Of a stretch of DNA of 64,000 nucleotides, positions 12,621 to 27,271 are shown piece by piece. The notes under the pieces were generated by a model that saw nothing but the letters and a program-made list of their open reading frames with translations, did not search any database and was not told where the DNA came from. Within the stretch, counting starts at the first letter, position 1. Each line of letters opens with the position of its first letter. The position numbers and the translations under genes are program-made. Origin of the DNA: Adineta vaga (taxonomy: Eukaryota; Animalia; Rotifera); contig CP075495.1 in the NCBI GenBank assembly GCA_021613535.1, forward strand, positions 9,672,001-9,736,000, in the 5' to 3' direction.

Positions 12621-14438
12621 AGTTTTTTTTTATTAAATGCAATGATAAACAAAGAATGTCGGTATGCACGTGTGTAATCTAAAATAAAATATATGTTTCG
12701 ATAGATGAAGAAGACGGAAAGTTCTTAGATTTATAATTGAATTATATCTGCAATGAAAGATCGATTTTTAGAAAAAAAAACTATTTATTTCAATTTCAAC
12801 TTTTGCAACTAGAATTTTATTTTCTGATAACATTCTAATATCTAATATACATTGAAAATTATGTTAAAATAAAAGCATTTAAAATAGGTGACAATATCTA
12901 GTAGACGTTAAGAGAAAGACGTGGACATTCAAGATTCGTTAATCCTATGAAATCTCTTTATCATTCCATTAATAAATGAACAACATCGAAAGAAAACATT
13001 TAATATATATAATGAAAAAATTTGCTAGAAATTTTAAGATCTACTTACAAATCTGTTTGAAAAGAGACAAGAAGCTGTCTTTTGGACATAGAGATTGAAG
13101 TTTTATCTCCTTCAAAATAATGAAACTGTTTCTATTTATCTAATCAAGTAAATGTAGCTAAATTATTATTTACTGACGTCATGTTCAATCAAAGAAGTTT
13201 GATTAAAGAGACTTAAGGTGACCAATATGAAATTTTTTTTTTAATTTAATCTTATTAGACAAGAATGTTAACTTGATCTAACATTATTCGCCTATTGCTG
13301 CTTGTTAATGCAGAGAGATACCTGACAGTTCTTATTTTCTAACATATATTTTTGAAGTGGAAAACTACTGACTTCCGTTTGTCACTTGACACGATGTGCA
13401 TTGATGTCTTTTTAACTAATTCAATAACCATATCCATATTTACCAACAATTCCAAAACTCTACATGTCATCCGCAATCAGACTGTATTCAATCGTCATAT
13501 GATGCAAATTTTTCAAGGAAGATTAATTACTGACAACTATTTTTAGATAATTTTCATTTCTAGCAAATAAAATGTAAAAATAGTAAAGCTATTCAATAAC
13601 AAATTCTAAGTTAAAACATAGTTGAGAAAAAAAGAAACAAACCTTATTTTCTTTGAATTAACTCAATTGTGTCAAATTCGCAAAACAAATAGAAGAAAAG
13701 TATTTCTTTTTTATAATTAGCAAAATTTGATTGATGGAAATATCTCTTCAAAAAAAACTATTTTCATAAAATCAGAAAGTTCAATTCTATTGTATACACT
13801 TAATGTCTGATTATTAGAAAAACTGAAAGGAAGTTTTTTATAAGTTCAACAAGACATCAGCAGATTCTTTAATAAGAGACATTATAAGCAAATCATTAGA
13901 TATCTTTTATATCAGAAATGTTAGTTAATCAAAAGAGTTAATTGTATTCGTTGTTATTTCAGAGTTCATCTAAGAAATAAATTGAAAAGAAAAGAATTGT
14001 GAAATATTGCGTATGAACATTGCTCATCACGTGTTGCATTACCATACATTATATAGGATTTTTGTTATGATCTTATTGGAATCGTTTTTTCACTTATTTA
14101 GTAAAAATTATGCATGAAGGAGAATCGATATTTACAAGTGAATTCATATATCGTGACAATCGAATTTTAAAGTCGATCGAATTCCTACTATAGACATTAC
14201 ATTGATTTCTTTTTCTACAAACTTTTCCCATCAAAACATTGAAAATCCTAAGTTAGAATAGATATTTTCTATTGATATTCATATCTTTGTTTTTTTTTAT
14301 TTTGGAGAATATATTGAAGCTGCACAAAATGGACGATCACTTCTTTGACACAGATAAACATAGATATATGCATATATAAGTAAACAATAAGTATATGACT
14401 AAATCAAATAGAATCATTATTTCATTTGTTGAGTTTCA

Positions 14439-16437
14439 TCATGACTTGGATAAAGCCAATTTTTCAACAGATATTGATGTTGTTTGTTCTTGTTCTTGAT
14501 TTTGTTTTACATTATCTACAAATTCAGTAAGATCCGATCGATTACGTTTGATTGTTGATGTTGGTGAGTCTAATAGCATAATTGACGTTGTTTGTGTAAT
14601 CGAACTAGCTCGTGGACCTAATGCTTGATGTTTATAAGAAGTTAAAAAATGTTCATTTTGATCATCATTAATTATCATTGAATTCAGTCGAAATTGATAA
14701 TTTTGATTCGCAAGTGGAATTTCTGATGATGAATATGCACTACAAATACTTTGTCGATAGGTGCAGATATCAGAAACATTCGATGGACGTTTTGGTGCAA
14801 CTAAGATTCGTGTATGACGTTTTCCATTTGAATAAAAATGTTCATGAACACCTTGTGATGGACTATGAAGTAACATTAATTTTTTTGCACGTTTTGTTAA
14901 ACGTTGAGATGATGTTGATGGAGTGAGAAATAAAAAACGATGACAATTAAATAAACGACGAAGTTCATGACGAAAAACACGACCCGTAAATGCATAGAGA
15001 AAAAAATTCGAAGCTAAATAAACGATAAAAGAAAAACATATTTTATTCGGTGATGAATTTGTTTTTGATTAGAAAACATACAATGATTGATATATTGAGA
15101 TATTTCAGCAATGATTTTTCCAATAGCAATTCCTGCATTCATTGTTGATGAGCGTTGTTCTATATCCGAATAAATAGCATCAATTAATTGCATTATTGAT
15201 ATTGGCATTGAACAAATACAAAATGCAAATGATACAGCTAATAACATTGTTGTTAAACGACGATTAACTCGTCGGCAAGCTAAAGTTTTTGTCGATGTAC
15301 TTTGCTGTTGTTGTTGTTGTTGTTGTTGTTGTAGATATGGAATCGATGAGCGTAAAAGATTATATTTCTTCTTTTTAATTAAGACATTGGAATTCGGATT
15401 TGTTGTTGATGTTGATGAATATGTCATTGAATAGTTGTTTGTATGTTGACTAGAATTGGTTTCGGAAGAAATTTGTTGTTGTAAATATTTATTTGCATTA
15501 CGTGCTTTTAATAAACTTTTAATAATTAAAATATTCAATGTTATTAAAAGTGTAAATGGACAAAAGGAATATTTAAATGAATCAATCCATGTAAAATATC
15601 GTATAAATAACGATTGAGTATTCAATGGTATACAATGTAAAACCGTTGGAGATAAATGAAATGTCCAAAGAAAATGAGCATTAATTAAAAAAAACATTGT
15701 AAAAACAAATAATAACATGTAACGTGCACGTTTTACTGTACAAAGTTGACTGGCACGTAATGGTTGAGAAACAGCGATATATCGTTCAAATGTCATAGCA
15801 ACAGTAATCCAAACGCTAAAGAAAATAAATGATAAAATAAGATTAAATTGTAAGTCTATTGTGTACTATATGGAATCAATAAGATTATAAATATCTTTGA
15901 TCTAGGCCCTGCTGTTAATACATTTCAACGATTTATACTCGAATGTTTTAAGAAATGCACTTAGGAAATTATTTTTAGATTTTTGTTGTCAAAAACCGTG
16001 AAATTTGACTTGACGGAAATTTATAATAAGAAAAGAAAGAAGAAGAAGAACATAAGACCTAGAGACATTCTGTCATTCTTTGAAAATATTTAATAAAGAC
16101 AAAGATAACATATATCAGTAGCTTACCTACAATCCGCGAAGAAAAAAAATGCGAATGTTCCTAATTTACAGCATAGATTACAAGCTAAAATTGGCCGTTG
16201 TTTATCTAATAATTCTAACCAACGATTGAGACAACCAATCCAAAGTACAAATGTATCAGCAATAGCCAATGTAGCCATGTAGAAACATGATGATGAATGT
16301 CGCATACGCCCTCGTCTCATAACAGCAAATGTTAATGTATTACAAGTTGTTCCAATTAGTAGTAAACATGGTAAAATAAATTCTTCACTACGTGATGCCA
16401 ATTGAACAAAACGATTATCAGATATTGTACTGTTCAT
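14439..16437 (-). CDS. Class A peptide-receptor-like GPCR (FMRFamide/TRH-receptor-like), 3 exons, polyQ in ICL3
   Basis: Exons ~16126-16437, ~15081-15816 and 14439-15013. Motifs LAIAD, VWITVAMTFERY, CICSMP, YINHSSNFFLYAFTGRVFR. Confidence 0.88.
15302..15331 (-). repeat. (CAA)n trinucleotide repeat encoding polyQ (10 Q)
   Basis: Run of TTG on the + strand, in frame as QQQQQQQQQQ. Confidence 0.9.
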
Positions 16438-19400
16438 TGTTTGTCGTTCGAATTCTAATGACTATATTTACATCTTAAAAGAAAAAGAAAGCTATGATTG
16501 TAAATCTAGATATTATATGACATATTGAAATGATGATGATGATGATATCTTCTGCTTTCGAATGCATTGTTCGATAGGTGGGCTATCAATGATGAAGGTC
16601 TCCTATCATACACATACTTCGAGCAAATCGAAGGCAACGTTTTTACCATACATTCGTCAGAAAAGGTTAGAGGTTAGAAATGGTCATATCTGAAGTTGGA
16701 TCTCTACTTAATATATTTTTTCTCAAGGAGACATTCTATTTCTTTGAAGGAGACATAAAAAAGCCTCGCTCATTACAACGAAAAGATTAAACGAGCATGA
16801 CTTCCTTGTGTCCCATAGTCACGATATAATTCAAAATATTCTGCATATTCTCATTGAAATATTTATAGATATCCACATTGATCTCTTCTAAAAAATAAGC
16901 ACCAGATTTCTTTTGCGTCACTCTATTATAAATGAATAAAGAAGCGTAATTTCTCTAACATTTGATCAATAGAAATCTTCAGTTATGAACATAACTAAAC
17001 TCATCTGTATATAAACATATATATAAATTTGTACAGACGAAATTTTGCATAAGACTAATTGATGAATTAAAACTATGTTCTATTCACATCTTAGATTAAA
17101 TAAAATATCCAGCACTATTGAAAAGAAGACAGATAAAAATGAAAATTAGAAAAGTTAGTCCTACATACTCATTGTCATCAACAGAAAAATATTTATAATT
17201 AAGGAAAATCTTCTTATCGTATGAACGCCTACCGCTTATTCTTTTTTGTCTTGAGAAACTTTTTTTTGATTAATATTAAATACAACTGACAAGAAAAAGA
17301 AGCACTGTCAACATCTGATAAAAGAAGATTTTCACGATCGATCTGATACAGTGCATTAATTTTTATTAAAAAAATATATTTAACGTCATGGTCAGTCTAT
17401 ACTTTCTCGTGAAAAAAAGAAATAATGATCTAATTTCATCTTTTTTTTGTCGTTTAGTTTGCGGTAAGAAAAGAGATGCATAGTCCTAATAATAGATCAA
17501 ACTACTAGTAGAAATCAAATTACGATTTGATGGTCGTTCCGCTTACATTCAAATATACAGAGTCCAATTACTCTCATTCATTTATTCATTCTTTTTTTAG
17601 CCTCATCGACATATCTACTCGAGCGTACTGCGTATAGTCGGAAAAACAGTTTCGCTATCCATATTACGCAACTAGACAAGCGCATCGTCTTCTGTCTCTC
17701 CTCCCTTTTTCTCTCTGCGTTTTTCGCTCAATCCATAAGAATTCCTTCTTTCTTTCTCTCTCTCTCCCTCATCTTTAATATGCATACTTCCATCGCCTTT
17801 CTTTTGTCGGATGAATGGGCGTCTCATTTGTCTTTATAATATAGAATAAGTTTATGTACTCATCATCACTCGAAAGAATAAATGACAATGAAGAGATCAA
17901 AAAAAGAAATGTATCGAAAATGTATTCAAGATTATAGAAATGATTGCACAAGAGCTCATCATTTTCTCATAGTAAACTAAATAAACAAATAGAAAACTTC
18001 TATAAAGATACTCATTTATCAATCATCACCTTTCAGAATGGAGATCAAATCTTCCAAGTCTCTCAATCGATTGGCAATGATCAATGTTATACATGAAATT
18101 ATATATACGCGTGCTAGTGAGACAAGTTTTTATATAAATTATCTGATGTCACTATGTCTGTCGCAACTAGAGGTATATATTTTGGATCAACAGACGAGGT
18201 CAATTTAATTAAGATAAGGGAAAAAATATATTAATTACGTTGATATGTGTGCCTTCGAGACCAATAGACATGGAAGGAGTGAATAAATGATGAAAGAGAT
18301 AGAACATCAAATGATAATGTTAGTTAATAAACGACTATCAATTTCAATGTTAACATGTATATAGTAATAAGTCACATATTTAAACAAAACTAAATGTATC
18401 ATATTATTCTCCTTCTTTTTTCTATAAATACAAACTGAAGGTAATGGAATATCTTCTCATTGCTTTGATACTGTCCGTCAAATGTTTATTTTCAGAAAAT
18501 GACAAAAGTAGAATATCTTATTCTTATTTTTATTTGATCAATTGACTAATGATTTTTTGTTTATTTATTAGATAAGAAATCTCGGGCCTTTTTTTTGTCT
18601 TTCTCTCTATGCATCAAGAAAGTGATCGATACATTTACTGATATAACATATATTTGATGTCAATGACAGACGTCAAGGTCTACATGCTCATCGACTAGCT
18701 CAAGTTGAGATGAATGGGCGGACATATAAGTAATATGAGAAAGAATGAAAGAAAGAAAGAAAGAATGATGATATTGAACAGACTACAATACGTACTAGTA
18801 ACATATGTTCGCATATTCAGTTATAATGAATTGCATCATCATCACTATCTCTCGCATTTATAATAGAAGTGTTAATATTCATTTGCTTATTCATTGTATT
18901 ACAAATATCATTGAAGAATACTAGTTGACTTAATGTAAAACAAATTCTAAAATAATAACTTATAAATGACTCCAAATGCAAAATAGAATGAACATCTTTG
19001 TCAATCAATGGAACGATGAATCAATTTGCTGTATTTAATAATGAGTTAGATAAAAAAAAAAGCAGTTCTTATAAATATTAGTTTTAAATCTGCATATCTT
19101 TGTTTTCTTCTTTTGACTTTATTATTGTCAACATGATAATTTTACGATCGTTCTAATTGATAATTTCTATGCAAATATTTTTCTCTCGTATATTGCTATT
19201 TAATGACCTTGAAGATAATAAAAGAATCTTAGAAAAATGAGATGAAGAAGAAGACGAAGATGATGATGATGTTGATCATTTAAATATGTATGATAATGTA
19301 ATAGAATAAACGAAATTTGATAATAACATTCTATCGGACAAGTTCGACATATTTTCTTTCTTTAGTGTATATTCTCAAAACATAACCGTCCTTGATCGAT

Positions 19401-19882
19401 TGACTAGGTCACTATTATTATTATTATTATTATTATGCGAAAGGTTATTCTAAATAGAACGATTACATGAAATTTCTTTCTCAATATAATCATAATTTAT
19501 TGGAATTAATTTCATGGTTGATCTTCGATCGATTCCTAAAATCAAACAGACAAATCATGACAGGGTCAAATTAACGACCACTCAAATACTTATATTCGTC
19601 CTTATGATACTGTTTATCTCAAGTATAGAATATGAGATTCTTCTAACTTATTACTTATATCATGATTACAACTTCAAATATGTATAATTGTGAAACAAAA
19701 AATTATACATATCTAAAACTGCGCAAAGATAGTTTGAAGCTTCCACTCAATAGCATGTCTTCTAAGAAAATGCAATTGTAGAATAAATGGATCATGAAGA
19801 AAAGATTTCGTTAAGAAATAAAAAGTTTATTTTTATCACATTGGTTTTAATTTTAAAAATTTATATTTCTTGTCAAGATATG

Positions 19883-19902
19883 ATATATATATATATATAT
19901 AT
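19883..19902. repeat. (TA)n microsatellite
   Basis: Direct reading of the sequence. Confidence 0.9.
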
Positions 19903-22009
19903 TTATAGAATTCCTCGCTAGATTGAACTCCGACATTAATTATAATAACTAAAGTTAGAAAATACCATGTTGTGATAGTTTTAATTAGTCAATTATCATA
20001 AGTGTATACTTCTAATAATAAATATCTAGTATTAATTTTTGATTATCTTTGTTTCATACCTTTTTTTTATGATATATCTCTTCTATCGAATGTATTCTGC
20101 TACCGATCACACTAACTCCCATGCATTGTAGATCAACCTTCTAGTATCATTTGAAGCTATACACTCTTTTTCTTAAGATCTCGATATCCTTAGAAACAAG
20201 ATATTGCGAATAGTTTTACATAGACGTGTAAATAAGCCATTCTTAAAATAGTAATCTTCCTTTACAAGTTTAATTACAACTGTTCAATTATTAATATATG
20301 TTGGATATTTATTCTTAGATCTCAACAGGAAAAGAAGAACTACGTGTAAAGTAGAACATATGTCAAGAATGAAAATCTAATGCTAATTGAAAAGATATTG
20401 TTAATATTCAGTGAAGTTTTCAATTTATTAGGATAATACGATTGAAATGTAAAGATTATGTTTCAGATTAATAAGTAAGTTGATTACATTGCTTTTTTGA
20501 GAAAAATAATAAAAAAACAACATTTTATAAGCTTTAAAGTTGCTTTATGAAAAGTCGCATCTTTCTATTTCTTATACTGATGAACAAGCAGTAAATTTAT
20601 TTTCATAATTATTCATACATAGAAAGGTAACACTAAAAGTACTTGTGTCCGAATATAATTTCACATAATCCTATAATACAACAAAATGGTTTTTCAATCT
20701 GTCTTTCTCAAGAGTAACTTTTCTCAATATGAAACATTCTAAATATTCTGTCGTTTTTTTAAACAAACTACCACTTTTTTCCTTGAACCAGATGATCAAT
20801 TTTTCCAAACTAATACATGTCTTTTCTACTTGTATTAGGTAGATTTAATTACATTGTTTAATATAGAAGCTACACGATCCATCTCTTAGACTAGAAAAGC
20901 ATTCAGTTTATCACGAAAAAAATTTTCTTTCTCATATCCATTATATTAAAAGTCTAATTATATCCGGAAAGAAATCATTTCCAGTAAATTTCAATTGTTG
21001 AGGTTAAGATACATGCAAACTATATTTTTCTCTTACCTGAAGTCAAACAATCACTTTATATAAAATCAGATTCTATACCAGATAATTACGAACGAGGAAC
21101 GAAAAAAGGTAAGAATAGAGATTGTTTTATCCGTTGAAAACATCAAAATTAGAGCGGAAGAGCCATCGTAAAGATGATAATTTGATAATAAAAATGTTTT
21201 TTTTTGCTTTCTTTTTCTTCTTTAATAAAAGACAACTTTATAGATAATAATAGTTGATACCAATTCTTTTTGTACTTTTAACGATCAGAACAATTGTTCA
21301 AGTTTTCTCGACTAGAAAATAAAAGTGCCATTTCTTCTTCTTCGGAACAAGTTACGTCCATTATATTTTTTATTTTTCTCTTAAGATGAATGGAAGATAT
21401 AATGATCATATTTCTAAATTTATCTAGCACAGTTGTTCGTTCTGATTTGTCTAAACTAATATAAATGAATATGTCCGTACAGTTTGTCAAGAATCTGATA
21501 ACAAAAAAAGTAAATTAATATAGGACAAGTAATTGAATACTTTGCTTCACTTTGATGTATTTATTTTAAGTAAAATAATAAGTGAGAACTGTTCTCAACT
21601 ATAATAAAGTGTTAATAATCATAGCTTTTTCAATGTATTGAAAGTCGAAGAAGTTCTTTTTAATAAATAACAATATGCACCTGACTTCTGAGTACATAAA
21701 CTTTTACATATAGATTCTTTCTAATATAAAAAACGAACGTGATATGCCATTAGAGACCTTCAGTATTAAAAAAAAGAGCTCGTTCAATGAACTTTGAAAT
21801 ATATATTCATAGACAACGGAAGCTAGTTTTTCTTTTGATATACTGTGAATTCTATGAATAATCATTCAGTATTGTTTTGTAAGTACAATGAAAGAGCACA
21901 AATTTTTATCTCTGCCCTCTTCGCTCCGCACTTTTGATCTATACGGTTCAAATTCTTTATATGCCATAAATTATATATTCCCGTCTCACTCTTTCTACGA
22001 TATTATGAA

Positions 22010-22031
22010 ATATATATATATATATATATAT
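22010..22031. repeat. (TA)n microsatellite
   Basis: Direct reading of the sequence. Confidence 0.9.
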
Positions 22032-23931
22032 TCAAAGAACTTCTACCATCAACTTCAAGCTCAAAGCTAAGTGCTAAATGGTACGTAGATCTTAAAAATA
22101 CGACTATCGGAAGTTAAAAATGAGGTAAAATCTTCATGAAACAAAAATGTTATTTCATTTTGTATAGTATTCTTTTTTCTCTTATTCAATGAAAAATTCT
22201 TTTTAAAAGACATTTTTTCTTTCACACCCGTAATGAGATATCATCGATGAGCGAAATATATGAACTGTTTAGATTCGATTCTTATTGATCTTTTGTTTTC
22301 GTTTCTTTGTCTCGATTGATAAATAACGAGATATTTTCTCATTCTTATCCGTAGGACACATTGTTCGCTTGTTGAAAGAATTAGCTCTAGATAATTGAGA
22401 ATAGTAGCGAATGTCTACATTCGATTACTGTTTGTCTTGATGACATACAAATAGAACAGAAAGAAACTATCAAATCGATTGTCATAGTTATTTTATATTA
22501 AAACAGAGAATGTATGTTATTCTGTTTTGTGTTCCATTTCATCATATGTTAAATATATGATTATATCTAGTTGAATTCTGTACGTACGAGGTTAGCTATC
22601 CGCTTGATAGTAGACATATGTAATAAATTAAATACAGGAAACAGTTCAGGAAAAAGTCGAAGACTACTCCAGACGATACCATACATCTGGTTTCTCTTTA
22701 TTTACTAAGATATATGCATGATCTTTTTTGTGACTGATTTTTGAATAGCTATAATAGTGAATTCACAAAAGAAAACTATTACTTATTTGTACTTCCGATT
22801 AGATATTAATGTAAGTCAACCATAAAATCTAGTACATTTGTTTACACCATAGGATTTCTATCACGTATACTTCATAAAGAATGTATATTAAGAACGATCT
22901 GAATAGATTTCCATTGATTCAGAGTAGATTGGTACTCTTATTGGCATTCGTTAATTTAGAAATACATTCATCCATAAAATGTGATTAGACAGAAAAACAA
23001 CTGAATTCATTTCTATTCTAAATGATCTCCAAGGCATGTTCATCAGAAAGAAAGAAAAACATCCTACAGATCTCCGTGTTCAACACGTCCTTTTTAATAT
23101 ATTCATTAGTCGTCAAAAGATACGATTTTTTTCTCTATTAGCTTTTTATTAGATTGAAGAAAAAGCACAACTTTTTCAATTAATCATTCACATTCCGTTT
23201 TTCATTTACTAGAAGTAATATGTAAGTATCAGATTTTCTTGATAGCAATCAATTACTTCGGTTGATTGAAATAACAAAAATATGCATATATTATTTCACT
23301 CTAATATAGAAAGAGAAATTTTCATGAAAAGATTTTTTCTGTTATTATGATTATTAAAAAATTAGTTTTAATTGTTTATCTATTCATACGATTATATTTG
23401 TTTCTCATAGTCCTACTGAGTTCTTTGAGTATAAAATAACAATTCTATTTTGCTTCTCTTCTGTATGATAAAAATAAACAATATATTAAAACTTTTCCGC
23501 GTTGTTTTGCCATGTATCTATAAAACTGGCATTTGTCCTTTAATTCATTATTATATTATCTTCTGACATGTTATCCATCAAATTAATTTAATTTTATCAA
23601 ATGTCTTCGTAAGTTGAAGGATAAGCTAGAGACATTTATATATTTATCTGATAAAAAGAAAGCAAATCAAGTCAAAAGATAACATTTGTTATAACAAAGC
23701 GAAACCTACATTTCTCTGACAAGAACATGAGCATTTTCATTCATATGTAACTATCTATTCAAGTAATTGATGGGAGAAAAAAGCTCTTAGCATAAATTAC
23801 AACAGATAACTAAGTTTGAATAAAACATGCTAGACCATGCTTATGCTGGAATACTTTTTAATAATCAGAATTTGACTTTATTTGACGACCTTTTTTTCTT
23901 CTGCAGATGAATAGAAACGGTTTTTTCTCTC

Positions 23932-24020
23932 TCTATATAAAAGAGTTGTTGAGGAAGAGAGAGAAAAACAATTGAGTTAGTTTCAAAATGACAACCGGAA
24001 AAGTTTTTCCTTATTTTTAG
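23932..24020 (+). promoter_or_regulatory. Putative TATA box and short 5'UTR intron of the GPCR at 24063
   Basis: TCTATATAAAAG at ~23932, a GTTAGT donor-like site at ~23976 and a TTTTTAG acceptor ending at 24020. Confidence 0.4.
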
Positions 24021-24062
24021 ATGAAATAACAAGAAGTATATAGGCGAAAATTTATTATCATC

Positions 24063-25589
24063 ATGAATAATGAAACGAACAGTCTTGCTTTATTAGCATT
24101 TGTTTATCGTGTCGAAATTATTACATTACCAATTTTAATCTTATTTGGTAGTATATGTAATATAACAACGTTTATTGTCATGCGTCGTAGACGTATGCGT
24201 GTATCATCCACTTGTTTTTATATGGCAGCACTTGCTGTTACAGATACACTTGTTCTATGGACAGGTTGTCTTAATCAATGGTTTTATATCATTCATATTC
24301 CAACTGTTGTAGCCAAATCGAATTTTACATGCAAATTACTTCCTTTTCTATTTGTTCTTTTTGCTGATGCAAGGTAGGAGAAAAGTGAAAAGTTTTTTTC
24401 CGGAGTTAACTTGTTGATTTTAGTGTTTGGATTATTGTTTGTATGTCATTCGAACGTTACTTTGCTGTTTCACATCCGTTACGAGCTTCACAAATGTGTA
24501 CAACAAAACGTGCAAAATGGGTAAATATTAAATTAGATAAAACTTAATCTTAAGTCTGAGTTCGAGAAATTCTAGTGATAATAAGTTATTTTCAGATTTG
24601 AGAAAAATTGAAAAAAGATTTTTGAAGAAATCTGTAGTTGTTCTTATCGGTTGTTGCTAACAGATTAGTTATTTACATATTAATACAGGTCATTTTTATT
24701 CTGTTTGAATAATGGTTAAACATTTATAGAGAAATAAAGGAAATCAGATTAATAAAAGAAAACTTCATGAAATACCAAAATAAAGATTTTCAAAATGTTG
24801 TTTTTGAGTTGAAGAGACAATTTGAATGACTCCGTATCTTGCTTTTTTACTGTTCGTCTGACGTCTTCTCGTCAAGAAGGATAATTGCTGACAAGTCTGA
24901 AGTATCATATTCTATTCGAAAAATGGATAGTGGGATGGTTAAGATCTCTAGAACATACAGATATTAAAATAAACTATTGAATTAGTTCATTTCAATGAAA
25001 TCAGCACTTTTGCTAACCTTTTCATTGGGTCCTTGAATATCATCATTATATTAATTAATTTCCTCAGAATATTTCTATAGATAATTGCGTTACATAGGTT
25101 TTTTCTGTCGCAAGAGGATACGGAAGTGCGCAATGCACGACGCACTTTCTTGCTATTGAAAAAGCATGGAATTCAATTCTGTTTTGACACATACTTTTCG
25201 TAGGTGATAAAAGAAGAGATTTCCTCATTGTTGAATAGAACGATAATTTTTAATTATACAAATGATAATTATATCGTTCAAATCGAGAATTTTTCTTTTC
25301 ATAATGAAGTTAAAAATTAAGAAAAAAGGAAAGAAAACGAAGAGGGTTGTCTCATTTCGGTCCTTTCTTATTTCAGTTCCAAGGCTTCTAATAACAATCA
25401 GTGTTGATTGTGTATCAGACGAAATGAGAACTTAATCATATTATGATTAATAATAAGAGAAAGAGATTGTCAACATTTTAATATACGAATGTTATGGGTA
25501 CACATAGAAAAGACAGAGAGTGACGAACGACAGACATCTTTGTTTTATAATTAATCTAGTCTCAATTGCTTTACTTCATAGACGTGATA

Positions 25590-25620
<31 letters not shown>

Positions 25621-27035
25621 CAATAAGTGCACCTAATAGATGTTTGTTGAGGGTGTGGGTTGGTGGGAACCAATTAGAATTAAAGCACAAGTTTTTTTGA
25701 CTCTTAGATGGCAGAATATATTTCATTTGATTCAATGAAAAATAATTGAAATAAGAACGGACAAACCCAACTGAGATAACTATCAATGGAATCAATTCGA
25801 ATTGCATAGAGATTAATCCAACTAAGGAATTCACCATGATTTCTTTCTTATCATTTCAAAAATAACATAATCAACGTACTTATTTTTACTGCTCAACTAT
25901 AATTTTCTCTACAAATATTCTATATTGATCAAATCTGTAATCATGAATTTTCATGTAGGTTTTATTGGTTATGTTCGTGGTATTTGCTTTAATTGATGGA
26001 CATTTTCTTCTAACATTAGAATTAGAAATAATTGATGGACATTATCGTGTGTGTCATCCGAAAACTTGGGCAAGACATTTTGTCGGCAAAATTTTTGTTT
26101 TTATTGATGCATTGAAATATTCTGCTATTCCATTTTGCATCTTACTCATATTAAGTATTATGATTATTCAACGAGTTTTTCGTGCCGAAGGTATCAGTGC
26201 TCAGTTACAAAATCTTCGTTATTTACATAATTATCGTCCGTATTCAGCGACGGCAAGTTTAAGTTGTGCAACACATACATCAGCATTAACAGTTAATCCA
26301 CTACCATCAAATACTTTGACAAGTAATACACGTGTAGGTCGTCGAGTGACATTTATGCTTTTGTCAGTTAGTATTGCATTTTGTGTCTTTTCTGCTCCTA
26401 TGTCATTAATGCAAATTGTTCAAAGTATAACGAAACCTGGCTATCACGAAACACCATTAGCGATAGGAAAAGCAATTGCTGAATTATGTCAATATATCAA
26501 TCATTCATGTAATTTTTTTCTATATGCATTAACGGGACGAGTTTTTCGTCGAGAATTCGTACGGTTATTTTTTCCAACACGTTTTGGTGGTAGAAGAGGA
26601 ATACCACTTGGTACGGGAATGAATGGTATGGGTCTTAGTGCACGTGCTGGTCTTATTCCTCAACCAGTACAGTCGTCAAGTCGTCGAGGTTCATATTATT
26701 CTGTTGATAATAATCGTTATGATGTGAATTCAAATCGATCATCTCGATATTTCGGTACTTTGTATCCTAGACATCCACATTCAACTCGAACAACACAAGG
26801 AAAATCACCATTCTTATCTTGTAATAATAGTCCATTAATGATCAATCGATTAAATTATTCAAGTATGGAAAAATCTTTACTGCGAACTTCACAAAAACCT
26901 GATGATCACAATCAAATAATAATTGACTTCTGGAATAAATTTGGTGAAAAGAAAGAATTACAAACAACAAGAGATGATTCATTGTTATCTTTAAAAGTTT
27001 TCAAATTAAACAATCGTGTACCATCAACTGTATGA
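24063..27035 (+). CDS. Class A peptide-receptor-like GPCR, 3 exons; paralog of 14439-16437
   Basis: Exons 24063-24373, 24424-24520 and ~25960-27035. Motifs SSTCFYMAALAVTD, VWIIVCMSFERY..HPLRASQMCT and QYINHSCNFFLYALTGRVFR closely match the minus-strand paralog. Confidence 0.9.
25594..25620. repeat. (TA)n microsatellite in GPCR intron 2
   Basis: Direct reading of the sequence. Confidence 0.9.
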
Positions 27036-27271
27036 TATAAATCCGACGAAATAACTCTACTAATTCAATTCTTTTTTGTTAGAAAATCTTGTTGTTATGA
27101 AATGAACTATTTGACTAAGAGAAAACTAATTTTAATAGAAATTATTTTTACTAAATGACATTTAAGAATAACTTCGATTATATTTCAGAAAAAAAATTCG
27201 TCATAGAAAATAATCGTGAATAGAAAAATATAACTGGTTTATTCTCTTCATCAATCTTTATAGAAATGTTT

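Noticed and set aside
23976-24020. Acceptor upstream of the GPCR ATG as further trans-splicing evidence
   Set aside because: A plausible cis donor and TATA box lie just upstream, so a normal 5'UTR intron suffices.
16438-24062. Short ORFs in the inter-GPCR spacer and similar 60-90 aa ORFs elsewhere (e.g. 10310-10534, 13352-13546)
   Set aside because: Composition reflects AT-rich background, many start at TTG/GTG, and no motifs or supporting splice structure were seen.
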